From positions 124,001 to 188,000 of the forward strand of contig JAQGDQ010000378.1 in the NCBI GenBank assembly GCA_030141605.1: 64,000 nucleotides of DNA, given 5' to 3'. The position numbers were made by a program, and so were the translations under genes. The stretch comes from Tubiluchus corallicola. Taxonomy: Eukaryota > Animalia > Priapulida. The notes below the pieces were generated by a model. That model was given only the letters and a program-made list of their open reading frames with translations, had not been told where the DNA came from and searched no databases. Shown piece by piece: positions 1 to 12,700 of the stretch. Each line of letters begins with the position of its first letter. The stretch's first letter is position 1.

Positions 1-797
1 GTTAAAACAATCGAGATATCTTCAACTTAATTGTAACTTGAAAGACAAAGATGACAGTGCATTAATTGGGTGCAGAAAAAAACAACCTGTAACAGCTCGA
101 GTAATAACAGAATAACCAAAATGATAACAGAAGCAAAGTTGATGACAACAACAACTATGAAAATGATGAAGATGGCAATGGCAGTGATTACGATGATGAT
201 TGATGGCAAGTTAGAAGTATCAATGAGAATACAAGGACGACGTTCACGAGAGTGCGACAAACCAGAAGTACTGTTGCAATGATGTAAAAAAATAAATTGA
301 TAATAGAAAGTGCGGAGAAATATGTAATTTAAAGCATCTAATGAGGCGAGTGATCGAAGTCTGAAGGTCTTGGAAAGTGCACCCTTGACGAGTTGCTGCA
401 GCGAGCGAGAAAAGTAGAACATCCAGTGGTGTGTAGCTGTAGCTTCATTATTTCTTTGATGAAAACCCTAGATTTATTACTTTTTTTAATTGGCATTTTG
501 CCTTAAAGTGACGTCGATTACTTAGCAAATTTGTACGTTTTATTTATTCTTACATTTCGTTCTACATGTTTCAACTTGTTATACATACATAGCTTTTGTT
601 AAATTTGTGTATTTGGAGGAAACGAAGACAAAGAATATCGAATCAGTTTCGAGTGTTGATCGCCCTCCAATGCCACATAAATTTGTTGTCCATGAAACCA
701 TTATAGATTTTGACCATTACTTTCTGATCAATATTGTTTATTTCAGGTCAGTGGATGACATGTCATGTAAAGGAATGAATTTTATACTTCTAAGGTG

Positions 798-3700
798 ATG
801 GCAGCCTTGACTAACATGAATAGATTTCAAAGATCACCAGGATTAGGTAAGACTGACAGTGTTATGTCACAGCTATGACCCCGTATTTGCGATAAGCCAA
901 ATAAAGTCATGGAGGTGATGGAGTTGTTAAATTTGTGTAGCTATTAAGTTTTATTGTTTTTGATTTCAGGTGAGAGGTCACGGATTAGGGTCAGTCCTGT
1001 AACAAGGTCGAGTCCAAAGATACAGAGGACAGTGTCACTTGATACTATATATCTGAGTGGACAATGGCCTAGGGACATAAACCGTCTGGCCAGTGATAAG
1101 GCCACACAGGTATAATATTTTGCGATTTTTTTCGTTTGAAAACTAAGTTATGTTTCTTCCGGAAAGCGTCAAAACAACAAACTAACCATTATTTTATAGT
1201 CCTTGATGGATCCGGCGTGAAGTACGGGAGGCTTAAGCTTGGTCATATTGTAGCTTTTTTGGTGCATTTAGTGTTGGCATTGTTGTCACTTTTATTCCTG
1301 AACACTTTCACCCTGAACGACGCTGAGAATTTCACATGATGGTTGCAGACTGTAATCAGTGTCTGATTATTTACTTTCCCAAAACCGTTCACACAATGCC
1401 TGTTAAATGTGTCTGCCCTATACATTGTTATAATGTTATAGTTCACCATTTTCATTTTAGTGTAAAAATGGATCTGTTTAACGATGTTTATTCTAAATTT
1501 TTACAAAAAAAATGGGTGCTAAGACAACTGTAAAAACTTCCCAAAATCGCAAGGAAGCCGTTAACTTCGCAAGAAGTGAGCAAGTGTCAGATTGAAGTAC
1601 AATTCTACTTCCATTCCAATTTTGCTCTGCTTATCATTGTATTATAATGTCACAAATTTAGTGAAGTTCGAATACGAGTGCCCGAGATCAAGATCAAAAC
1701 TTCACTAAAGGAAACTGAAGGAATAAAATATACAAACACTAGAAAATATGTGTTCATTTTGTGACATTTTGCAGTTGTGGTATTATACATTTTGGCGATG
1801 TGACATTAATTTTTTTCTAGGTTTTTATAATTTCTCTTCTGAGCTGTTATAACAGTGACATTTAGTAAACATATGAATTTTGAGAAGACAAAAATTGTCA
1901 GAAGAATTGTTAGAATTATTAGGAGAGATTTCTGAAAAATAAAAACAAGTGAAAAATATAAATGATTTTGGTTGAAACTATAAGTGACTTTATGTAAACA
2001 AAGTCACAAATATTACAGTACAGCACTGAAAACAACATGCCTATCCACAATGCTCCGTAAGTCTTACCTTGCTTATTCGTTGTTGCTGTGATTCGCATTA
2101 GACTTGCATGCAGTTTAGTTATAATAAATTGTGTGGCTTGTATTGGATTTTTTGTGCTACAGGTCATCTATACTCAGCTTATTTATCGTTTTATACAACA
2201 TTAACAATCAAGTACTAAATTACAAAATTGTACTTTTGCGTTTTGCACATCACCGAATTACCTAATTTGGATTATTATTTTAAATGCATGCCATAAATTT
2301 TTAACTTTATTTTATCCAGTTATAAAATCCAACTTTAACTTATTTTCCACTGTCATTTATGAAGAAAGCAGAAGAAATGCAAATTTGATCAGATGCAGTT
2401 TTAATACCTAGGTCTTCATTCCTTAAAATGCTTTGCGTTATTCCAAATAGACAAATAGTCTTGACTAAAAAATTAGCTTGTAGATTGTCCTTTTGGTCTA
2501 TAGGTTTGTTAATTCCTGTATCACAACAAGTGGCTTCTACAGCAATGGCACTCTGTATGATGACCATCTGTATGTATAAACTTGTTACCCCTTATTGCTT
2601 TATCAAGAAAGTTTTGCACCTTCGTGTTGGTTGAGTATGATGAAACGATTTTTTTACTAATTAAAAAACTGACTGTACAGGTACACACATTTTTTATAAT
2701 GCTTACCTGAAATGGAGGTACTCATGAATGTTACCTCATAATTCGAATCTTGCAGACTCCATCAGAATGGATGGACGAGGCAGAGAGGCAGAAGAAAGAA
2801 GCCTATCATAAGAGGTCATCTTCTGTGGGCAGCAACGGTCAGCAACAGCACATGAAGGAGATGAAAGATGTAAGTCAAGCTCCATAATTTTGTGTTTCTA
2901 AAAACTATATCTGGTTTCTCTTTTGAAATGATTAAGTTGTCTCGGAGAGGTGTGTTCATTTTTGAATCGCTAAGAAGTGTTTGTAGAAGAAGCATTGTCT
3001 AACATCCCTGACAGTGTGTTGTAATAGATGGCTTTGGCATCTCTTTGTAAAGTCTTGGGGAGGTTCCCCAGTACATGACTTGGTACATGCTAGGGCTGAG
3101 CAGAATTAGAAAGGTAGCCAAAGAGTTCCTTTTGTGTGGAGCATGACTTGAAAAATTCCGACTTGTGTGCACAGAGCCCATAGCTAGGCAAGTAAGCACC
3201 TTAACATGACTTGCTGGATGGCATAGCTCAATGGTAGCATGCTCACTTACTTAAAAAAATAGTGGCCATCACACCTTTCTCTAACTGTAGTATGCATTGT
3301 AGTCATTTGTTTCGGATTTCTGAACACTTGAATTGAGGTAGCTATGAAGCCCAAGAATTTTTAGGCTTCTGGCATAAGTAGGATACATAAGAGATCCAGT
3401 TTTGCAATGCGAAAGGGAAGAAAAAAAATTTGCATCTTATCGTGGACACAGCTTGCGCAATGCTGGACATTAAAATGCCAAGTTGAAATTTTAAAGTTTG
3501 CTTATTTTAATTTCAGTGACTTCCACTTTTTTGTAAAATTCATTCTGCTGTCTGCATTTTCCATTCTCTTCCATATTTTTAAAGAAATTTTCAAGCCAAA
3601 TTTTGTAAAAGGAAAATGGCAGTGGCACTTCAAATCAGTATATTTTTATTTAAAAAAATAGTTTTCAAATTAAAGGTGGGCAGATGTTGTGACCGAGCAA

Positions 3701-6700
3701 AGAAGGCTTATAAATATCTTTTATACAAAACTGTGAAGTTTTTCATGACATTAGGACTTCCAAATTCAGTTGCTAATATGTCTTAAGCACATTATATATG
3801 ATATTTGTGTAAAATTCTCAAAAAACTTTAGTTCATATAACTATAATTAAATTGCTTCCAAACTTCTATCATTTTCCTAGCTAAAATATGAGCCAGCTGC
3901 TGTAAAATCATTCAAAGTCACAGTGAAATTCCTATCAAAGAATTTCGTTTTTAACTGTAAACACTATAGAAAAATAGATTTAAAGCAGGAAGAAACACCC
4001 TTTGAAAAGAAAACTTAAAAATTTGTCTTTAAATTTTGTATCACTCATATGCTGTATTATTGGACACAGAGCTTGTGTTAGTAGTAACGCTGTATAAAAC
4101 TTGTAAATCTAGATCCCGCGATGACTGTTAGGTGCAGCCATTTTAACTATAACTGTTTAAAACAAGTTTAGATAAAATTGCTTCAAAGTTTGAAAAAATA
4201 ATCGGAGCATTCGTAACACACTCTTCACTAATTAAGCAAAAGTTTGTTTATATTACAGTAAGATTAAAAATACGTTTTTTCGTAAACATGAGGTGCACAC
4301 TGGGATGGCGATACAGTGCTGTTTTACCAGGTGGCGTGAATATTTTAAATTATTAATAATTTTCTTTTCCATTTGTAAACATGTCTTTCAAACAGTTAAG
4401 TCTAACCCTAAGTATGGAAGTAACTCTAACTTTGTATGGAAAGTTTTTTGAGATATATTTTAAATTTTCCTTTCTTCCCCTTTTACCTTCTTATGTTCAA
4501 TAGAAATCTTATTAAATGAAAACAAGTAGCCTTAGCAATGGGTTTGACCTTGATATAATTAAATTTGAATTGACAATTGTGTAACAGGCATTTACTGAAG
4601 GTAGAATGTGTTCACCTAGTGTTTCTATAAGATATATAATATTATACTAGCGTTACAGAGTCAGGTAGAATCCTCCCAGCTTTACATAGTGTGTCCAAAT
4701 TCTAGTTTTCAAACATTAATGGTGTTCTGAACTTTATATGCATGCTTGTTTTGTATGTACAGTTAAACCTCATTATAACGCCCTTCTTTATAATGCTAAC
4801 CTCGCTTAATACCATGTTGTATGCATAACACCTATATCGCATACGATATACGTAACAAATAAGTACTATTAAATTACTACTATGGCATCAAATTTTTTAT
4901 GCCAGACTTAAATAAAATTGAAAAATTTGTTCTTACATCTTTCATTGGTAATCCCGACATTAGGATCGTGAGTAATTAGACTAAGTAGCAGTGAACATTT
5001 TTAATTATGAGATACGGTGAATTTAATATAAGCCATATCTTTTTTTGCGTTATCAGCGTTTTTCTTAGCTTGTATTTACGTAGTTTGCTGCCAAAAAGTT
5101 CAGTGATGGTACAAGATACCAAAAACCAGTTTGTGTAAATAGCTAGCATGAGTTCACACACGTATACAGTATATGCACCTTTCCTCCAGGGTAGTGAGGT
5201 ATTACTAATATATATATATATATATATATTGTATGTGATTGTTATCAGTTAATCTTTACATAGTGTAAGGTATGCGGTTGTTACAATGCGATACCAGTTA
5301 TTTGATAATTTTGAAAATGGCAAACATTCAAAATACTGAAAAATACAAAAAAGCAAAAAAGGCATTTATAGTATTATGTAAAGTTTGCTCAACATACAGA
5401 TCATATTGTCTTAAAATTGCTGTAAAGGGCTTTAAGATCTTCAAATTAAAGAATCAGTTTAACTCGTTTGGCATAATATACCAGCCACAGGCCATATGTT
5501 GTCCGAAAATTGCATTAGAAGGGTCACGAATATACACAAATTAATCCATATTTTTCCACGTTCTGTTTGCAATAAATTTTATTTAAATAGCAACTTTGAT
5601 GTATTCTGTATTGGCTAAGTAACTATGGTTACAAAGGTATTTGAATAATGCAATTTCGTGTAATTTATAAAAGTTATAATCATAGTTGGCCCATCGGCAA
5701 GAGGTTTCTGTTAGTGTAACCATTATACATTCACATGATTCTATGCTGCTCAAATAAACAAGCTAGCACATGTTTATGCTACAAAGTCACACCCTATAGA
5801 GATGATTTTAGAATGTGTTACTTCTTGAAATCTTACATTTTTGTAGCCTCTGCTGGCAACCTGGCAGTTTACATCACATAACTGTTAATTCTCTGAATTT
5901 GTTTGTTTATGTTTATCAACCCACAGGCTGCTCATCTAAACTGGGTTTAGCGTATCAAGGGAAATTTCGAAAACAAAAAACTATGTTGACGTTACAAAGA
6001 TATGAAGTTACTAATTAGTGTGTTATCTTTTGTAACACTATTATTTGACTATTATTTGTAACGCTATTATTTGACTAATTGCATTTTTAGTCTCTTTACG
6101 ATTAATGCTATTGGCAGTGGATGTAATCTATAGGTTCCTGGTTCAAATCCAGGTTCAGTTGAGATTTTTTCAATTTTATTTTTTTTGTCAAGTTAGGTTT
6201 CAAAAAATTACAATTATTAATCATTAGTGCAGGTTAACATTTTTATACTTGCGTTGTGTTACAAATTACCAGCAAACGTGGTGCCCGTACATTGTATTTA
6301 GTTCTGTTTTGTTACTGATTATACTAATTATTGTTTTTTTGTGTTTTGTCACACAGATCAGGCAGAAGCTGCGAAATTCAAAAGAGTCGAAGGGCAACCT
6401 TGGCAGTCAGCGTCAGAGCCCTCTTCATGGAAATCATGGGTTGTCTGCTCACGCTTCTCACACCGTATCACGAGCTATTACGATTCCAGGTTTGCTTGAA
6501 ATTCTTTATATTGTTTGTTGCCTCTGATTTTAGCTACGTAACTTGTTCAGTGTGACACATATTGTTGATGTCAGCATGGTAGCAGCATTATTCTGCAGTT
6601 TGACACTCTGCAAGACAGGATTTGGCACCCAGTAGCATGCTATACTCAACATACACAGTTGTGAAGGGACTGGTACCTTGTTGATTATTAAAGATAACTG

Positions 6701-9700
6701 TACTAAGCTTCGTCAGTTCAGTAGTCAAGATATTGAACTGGTAGAGGTATCTTGACCGTTTTCACTCCTGATAGTCACATATCCATTTTCTGGCCAGGCT
6801 CAATCATAAGTTAGATTACCAAGCACATATTTAATATTTAATTTATTTTAATTATATACTAAATGTTTTTAAGTTGTGACCTCTTAACGTATCCCCTCGT
6901 AAACACCAGAAAACATATGAGTTTTGTCACACCAAACATTGTAAAATAGTCAAACTTTTATCATTTAAAAATCTATGTTATTATTAAATGAAATATTTTT
7001 ATTTTATTAAATTACATTATTAAATTATTATTATGTAAAGTGTTTATTAATAGGGCAAAAAAGTGTAATTTTAGCTGTGCTCTTCTGAAAATATTTATAT
7101 TTTTTACACCTACGTAAGTGTGCTGAAGTTTGAAGTTTATTTATTTATTAACACAATTGACAATGGTATTTTTACTTATGCTTATTCCTGGATAACAGTG
7201 AAGCTTATTAGTCACATTTGTACCCCAATGGTGATATAAATCCCGTCATATTTAATTTATTAAAAATTGTCACAGGAAACATTCCAAAGGCACCACCAAG
7301 GATCCGGTTCCCTAACAGTGTGGAGGGGCTGAATCAGGAGATTGCAAATCTGGTGTTGAAACCAGAGACAGGGCAACAGGATGAGGATAGAGTGAGTAAT
7401 CACAGCATTAAAGCTAGTTAGAATGTGGCTTTATTGAGTGAGTATTACAATGTATAACACTTTGTTCTGGTGCATACATGCTTCATAGAATTACAAATGC
7501 TGAGTAGCACTGCATGATATTTTGAACATATACTGACACATTTAGGACTATAGCTGACTCAAAAAGCAAATAAAAATTGTCAACAAAATTTCTAACACAA
7601 TCTCCCAGTCTAATTTCTTTTTCTATGTTTATAATTTCATAGTTTTACAACTGTTCACAAAACTCAATTCTCAATTCACGTATTCTCAATTGGTATTTTT
7701 CTGGAAAAGTTTTTCAACAAATTAACTAATTTTTCGCCAGCAAAAGTCGAATAACTCTGATTTTTGGCAATGAAGTAATTATGCATTGTGAGTTTCTCGT
7801 TGCCTTAAAATTCGTTGAGTTAGGTGTTATAGAGTTGTGTCTTGCTACGATTTAGGCATACTTGCATAGTGAAAAAATGTTGTAGCTTACCAGAATGCAA
7901 GTTTATTAATGGCGTATTATAACGAAGTTTGCAGCATTTCATTTAAACAGTTTTATGTCTAAATTGCGTGGCCTCACATTTTGTCAAATCTCCCTGACTT
8001 GTGTAGCCTCATGTTTTATCAAGTCTCCCTGACTTGTGTAGCCTCATGTTTTATCAAGTCTCACTGACTTGAGTAGCCTCATGTTTTATCAAGTCTCCTT
8101 GACTTGCATAGCCTCATGTTTTATCAAGTCTCCTTGACTTGCATAGCCTCATGTTTTATCAAGTCTCGTTGACTTGTGTAGCCTCACGTTTATCAAGTCT
8201 CACTGACTTGTGTAGCCTCATGTTTTATCAAGTCTCGTTGACTTGTGTAGCCTCACGTTTATCAAGTCTCGTTGACTTGTGTAGCCTCATGTTTTATCAA
8301 GTCTCCCTGACTTGTGTAGCCTCACGTTTATCAAGTCTCGTTGACTTGTGTAGCCTCACGTTTATCAAGTCTCACTGACTTGTGTAGCCTCACGTTTATC
8401 AAGTCTCACTGACTTGTGTAGCCTCACGTTTATCAAGTCTCGTTGACTTGTGTAGCCTCATGTTTTATCAAGTCTCGTTGACTTGTGTAGCCTCATGTTT
8501 ATCAAGTCTTATGGATATGTGACTCAACAACCTGTTGGTCTTTCGCTACCCTTTCTCTTAAACCCACTTAACCAGTTTCTTTTGTATTTTTTGTGCAATT
8601 TTACGTGTGCAATTAGTTGTTTATTTTGGTTTAAACTGTATTTATCAAAATGTCTATGTTTATATCGACTCAATTTAGCAGAGCTAGTTTTATAATGAAT
8701 TTTATGATAGGTTTGGGGACCGACTCCAGATGGCCACAGGGCCCCTGTTGCTGAGCTCATTAACAGTATGACGCAGACACCCTCAGGGAATGAACTACTA
8801 TCAGGGTAAATATCAAAAACTAATTCTGTAGCAATAGGGATGGATTATGACCTTTTGGGGCACCTAGGCTAATGAAATTGTGGGGGCTTTTTTGATGGGC
8901 ACATCTGTCTTGAATATTTTTCACTCGTGATATACTTTAGCGACATTCATGTACCATGATGTAAACTTATTGCAAAGCCTTTAAATAAACTAGAATAGCT
9001 GTCTTTTATTTGTCAATAAACTTGGATTTTCGGACTCCGGACCTACTTTTTAAAAATTGAAATTTTATTTTAAGTTAAATAAATTATTAAATGAAAAAAT
9101 ATTTGTCAGTGCAAAATATTAAAATGCTGTACTCATTTTCCAAAAAAAATGTATTTGAAAATATTTTAGCCGGACCTCTTAAGTTTGAATGTGAACACCT
9201 GCAGTCTATTCTAACCTATATGATAATCTGACCCAGTGTAGCAAATAGCAATATTGTTGTGACACTGGCATTTATTCTCTTTGTGTTTTGATCACATTTT
9301 TTCCTAGGTACTGTATTGCACACTAGAGCCCAGCATTCAACAGCAATTTACTGGACTTATTCTTTTACTATACACTCCTGTTTGTTTTTTTAATTTTTGT
9401 TTATGGATTCCCCTGATTCTTAAGAAAACTTAATTAAAAACGTTTTTCAGAAATATTTTAAGGTAGATTTGTCTGCTATTTTGTAAATCATTTGTGCCTG
9501 TCATTTTAATAATTTGGCATTTGCATTAATGTTACAATCTTGACTTGTATTGTCATTTAAGTTGGTAAAGAATCTTGAATTCAGTGGTATAGCTAGAGCT
9601 TGTTTGTGTCCGGGGTAAAAAATACATTGTGGCACTCTCTTTGTGTAAGAAGATTTACATTCATAAAATTTAACTTTTATGCTAAGTTATGGAAATAAGC

Positions 9701-12700
9701 TGATAAAATAATAAAGCACTACATTTATAGTTAAAACACCTTTATTAAATTTTTTTATTTACATAGTTAAAAATCATATCAAATGTTCCGAATGAGCTAC
9801 TGCTGTCATAATCAGTGGTAATTTTTTATAAACAAACAACCAGTTTATATAGGCAGGGAATACAGTATAGAACATTATGCATTAATTATGTATTCAACAG
9901 AGGCCAAATAGGTAATGTAAGTACATAATTAGTACATAATTTATTGTATCAATTTCTTTTCTACTGGTCTGCTTATTCATTACCTATTTGGCTTCTGTTA
10001 AATACATAATTAATGCATGTTCTATACTGTAGACTCTGCCTATATAAACTGATTGTTTGTTTATGAAAAATTACCACTGATGATGACAGCAGTAGCTCTG
10101 TCGAAATGTTTGACATGATTTTTAACTGTGTAAATTAAGTGTTTATAAAGTTGCGGTATTTTATCTATAAATGTTTTAAGTGCCTGTAATAAAAAAGCAC
10201 TGTAAGTACTGAAAAAATTTGTTAGTGAACAAGTAAATTCTCCCTGCATGCCTCAAAAGCTATAATGCTCTGAGACTTCTGCAAATATTAACATGTAGGA
10301 AAGAATGTGATTATAAATGTATTTCACAGTTAACTCAAGATGTGCACAGAAATTTCGAAAACAAAAAACTATGTAAACGTTACAAAGATTTAAGTTACTG
10401 ATTAGTGGATCATCTTTTATAACAAATTTTCTGCAGAAGGCACTTTATGCAGTTTTTTCATGGGAAATTAAATTGTCAGGCGATTTGCCTTTTCTGTTCT
10501 GATAGAATCAACTTTTCAATGCGCCTTGATCAAAGTGCTGTCCTTTGAAAAGTGCTGTCGGGGTGGACCACTCTATCTGTCAGAGATAAAGTGCAAACTT
10601 TTACAGGATGTAAAGGTTTATTTTTCATAAGTCTTATATTCAGTCTACGCTCAGTTAGTGTGTGACTGTCCTGCGACAGGTCACCTACTTATTCTAAAGT
10701 CATGCATGCCTGCATATTCTTGCCTTCTGTGCTATTTTTTATTCAATCTACCAAGAAACAGAGTACAAAATATCAAAATTACCAACTGCCAGGTCTTCAA
10801 ATAAACCGGGATTCTAGTTTGCTGCAGAACCTTATAAATCCATTATTGTTTTTGTGTCGTCTTACTCATGCACGAAATTCACTGTCCATTTCTGAATAAT
10901 GATTTCAAGTTTTTTTTAATTTGTCGGAGAAAGAAACTTAACTTCTTTGTTCATTAGCAGTAATGGTCCGGGCAGATCTCACTCAATTAGTCCAGGAGTC
11001 ATACTGCCGTTCATGCTGGAGAATGCCGAACTCGATTATCGCACAACGTCTACTATTAAAGGTATGCAGGCGTTATTTCAAAGTGCAGATTCACAATGTT
11101 TTCAGTGCATATATCAGCTGCTAAACAAACCCTGCATTTGATGCTTTTCCTGGGAAGAATAGCTAGTTCAAGTGTGCATTGTACAGTGATGAGAGTACCA
11201 GGATAGCATGGGATTTTATTTAGTGCTAGAAATGCACACGAAATGTGCTACATAAAGTCCCTTCCAAATCCAATACACTATCATTTCATCTGTATTGGAG
11301 TGTATCAATGTGATCCGAGTTCAAAAAAGTCTTTTTTATTGGTAATAGTTTTAATTCTATAAAGTATAAACAGTGTAAATGATGTTTGCACTCTCTAGAG
11401 TTACAACTTCTTAAAACCCGTTTTTCTTCAAACAGAGTTGTGACTGCTTTGCTGAAAAGAAGTAATCAGTGATTTTTAGTTAAACACTGCTATACAGGTA
11501 ATATCTTTTAACCAGGAATAGTTTGCATTCCTAGGTACTGATAAGCTTTCTAAAAGCTTGCATTTAATTAGGCATTTTTTTGAAGTTAAGTTTCGGTGTT
11601 TGCTTTTTTAATTTGATTTCTGGAGGGGATTATATTGCAATTGATCATTGATAATTTGATAGAAACAATTTATCAAATCCATTTATCCAAGCAGCAAAGA
11701 TGATATGGCATTTCTAGAGTGTTTATGAACAAAACATAATTACTTATTTTTATAGAAGGGGATGCTGGTTGGTCTGGCATGACTTTGTATGGTCGCAGTC
11801 CTAAACCTGGAATATTTGTTCCCATTTCGCGGGAGCCGCCTGACGGTTGTGATTCAGAACACATCAAGGTCATTCAAGAAGAAGTTAGGTGAGTGGGTTT
11901 CCTTGCATAACCTGTGTAGTGGAGTAACAGCTCAGCTCAATGGATGTTTTTTATTTTTAAATTGACACAGCTCCTTATCTGCACACTGAGGTGAAAACTG
12001 AAGTAGAGATGTTAATGGTAACAGTAGGTATCAATATTTATCGATTATCGTATTGATGTGGAAAATTTGCTTTTATCATTATCGTATTAATATTTTTCTA
12101 GGAATGTCATTATCGTCAGCTTTAACTAGATAGATAACTTCTGCAACTACACTATGAATTACACTATGTAAATAAATTAATAAACTATGCTTGTTGCAGT
12201 AAATCTGCTGTATTTTTTCAAACAAATTTATAAAACAAATATTTATTTATTGTAACAAGTGTGGTTTATTCATTTATTTTGGACCGTATTGCTGCTTATC
12301 GCTCACCTTTATTAAAACTATTTCACTTTGCTTTTTCATTTATGCATTGGAATTATGCAAAAAAAGAGTTATTTATAAGGTTGTTCAAGCAATTTTGTTG
12401 AACTTAGTTCCTGCAATAGTGGCTATCTTCAATTGGTTTAGTGACATCCGAATGCCAATTGCGGTATTTTTAGAAGCATTTTTCCACTTGCAGACAGTAC
12501 AGCTCACAAATAAATATATTACATTCGTAATGAATCGATACATAATAATATTTTTCTGTCGCCGCTCACTTATTAAGATTATTTTATGTCGAAACAAAGA
12601 GAACTTTCTCATATATTACAGTATCTATACATTAAACCCACAAAAACGCACAGTGTTTCTGTACACTGTGATTAAAATAACCAACCACACATTCAGTTAT

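Noticed and set aside
27-422. 131-aa hydrophobic ORF and overlapping Met/Thr-rich ORF
   Set aside because: They arise from GAT/AAC low-complexity sequence, with no domain or splice support. Possibly a TE remnant.
4760-7935. Tigger-like left end at 4760 paired with a right-end-like sequence at ~7920 capturing two exons
   Set aside because: The right end is too degenerate and has no TA TSD. More likely unrelated fragments.
8139-8378. 79-aa ORF with a 23-aa repeat
   Set aside because: By-product of the 69-bp higher-order minisatellite unit.
7970-8509. CRISPR-like array of ~35-bp palindromic repeats
   Set aside because: Units are head-to-tail with no unique spacers, there are no cas genes, and it lies in a eukaryotic intron.
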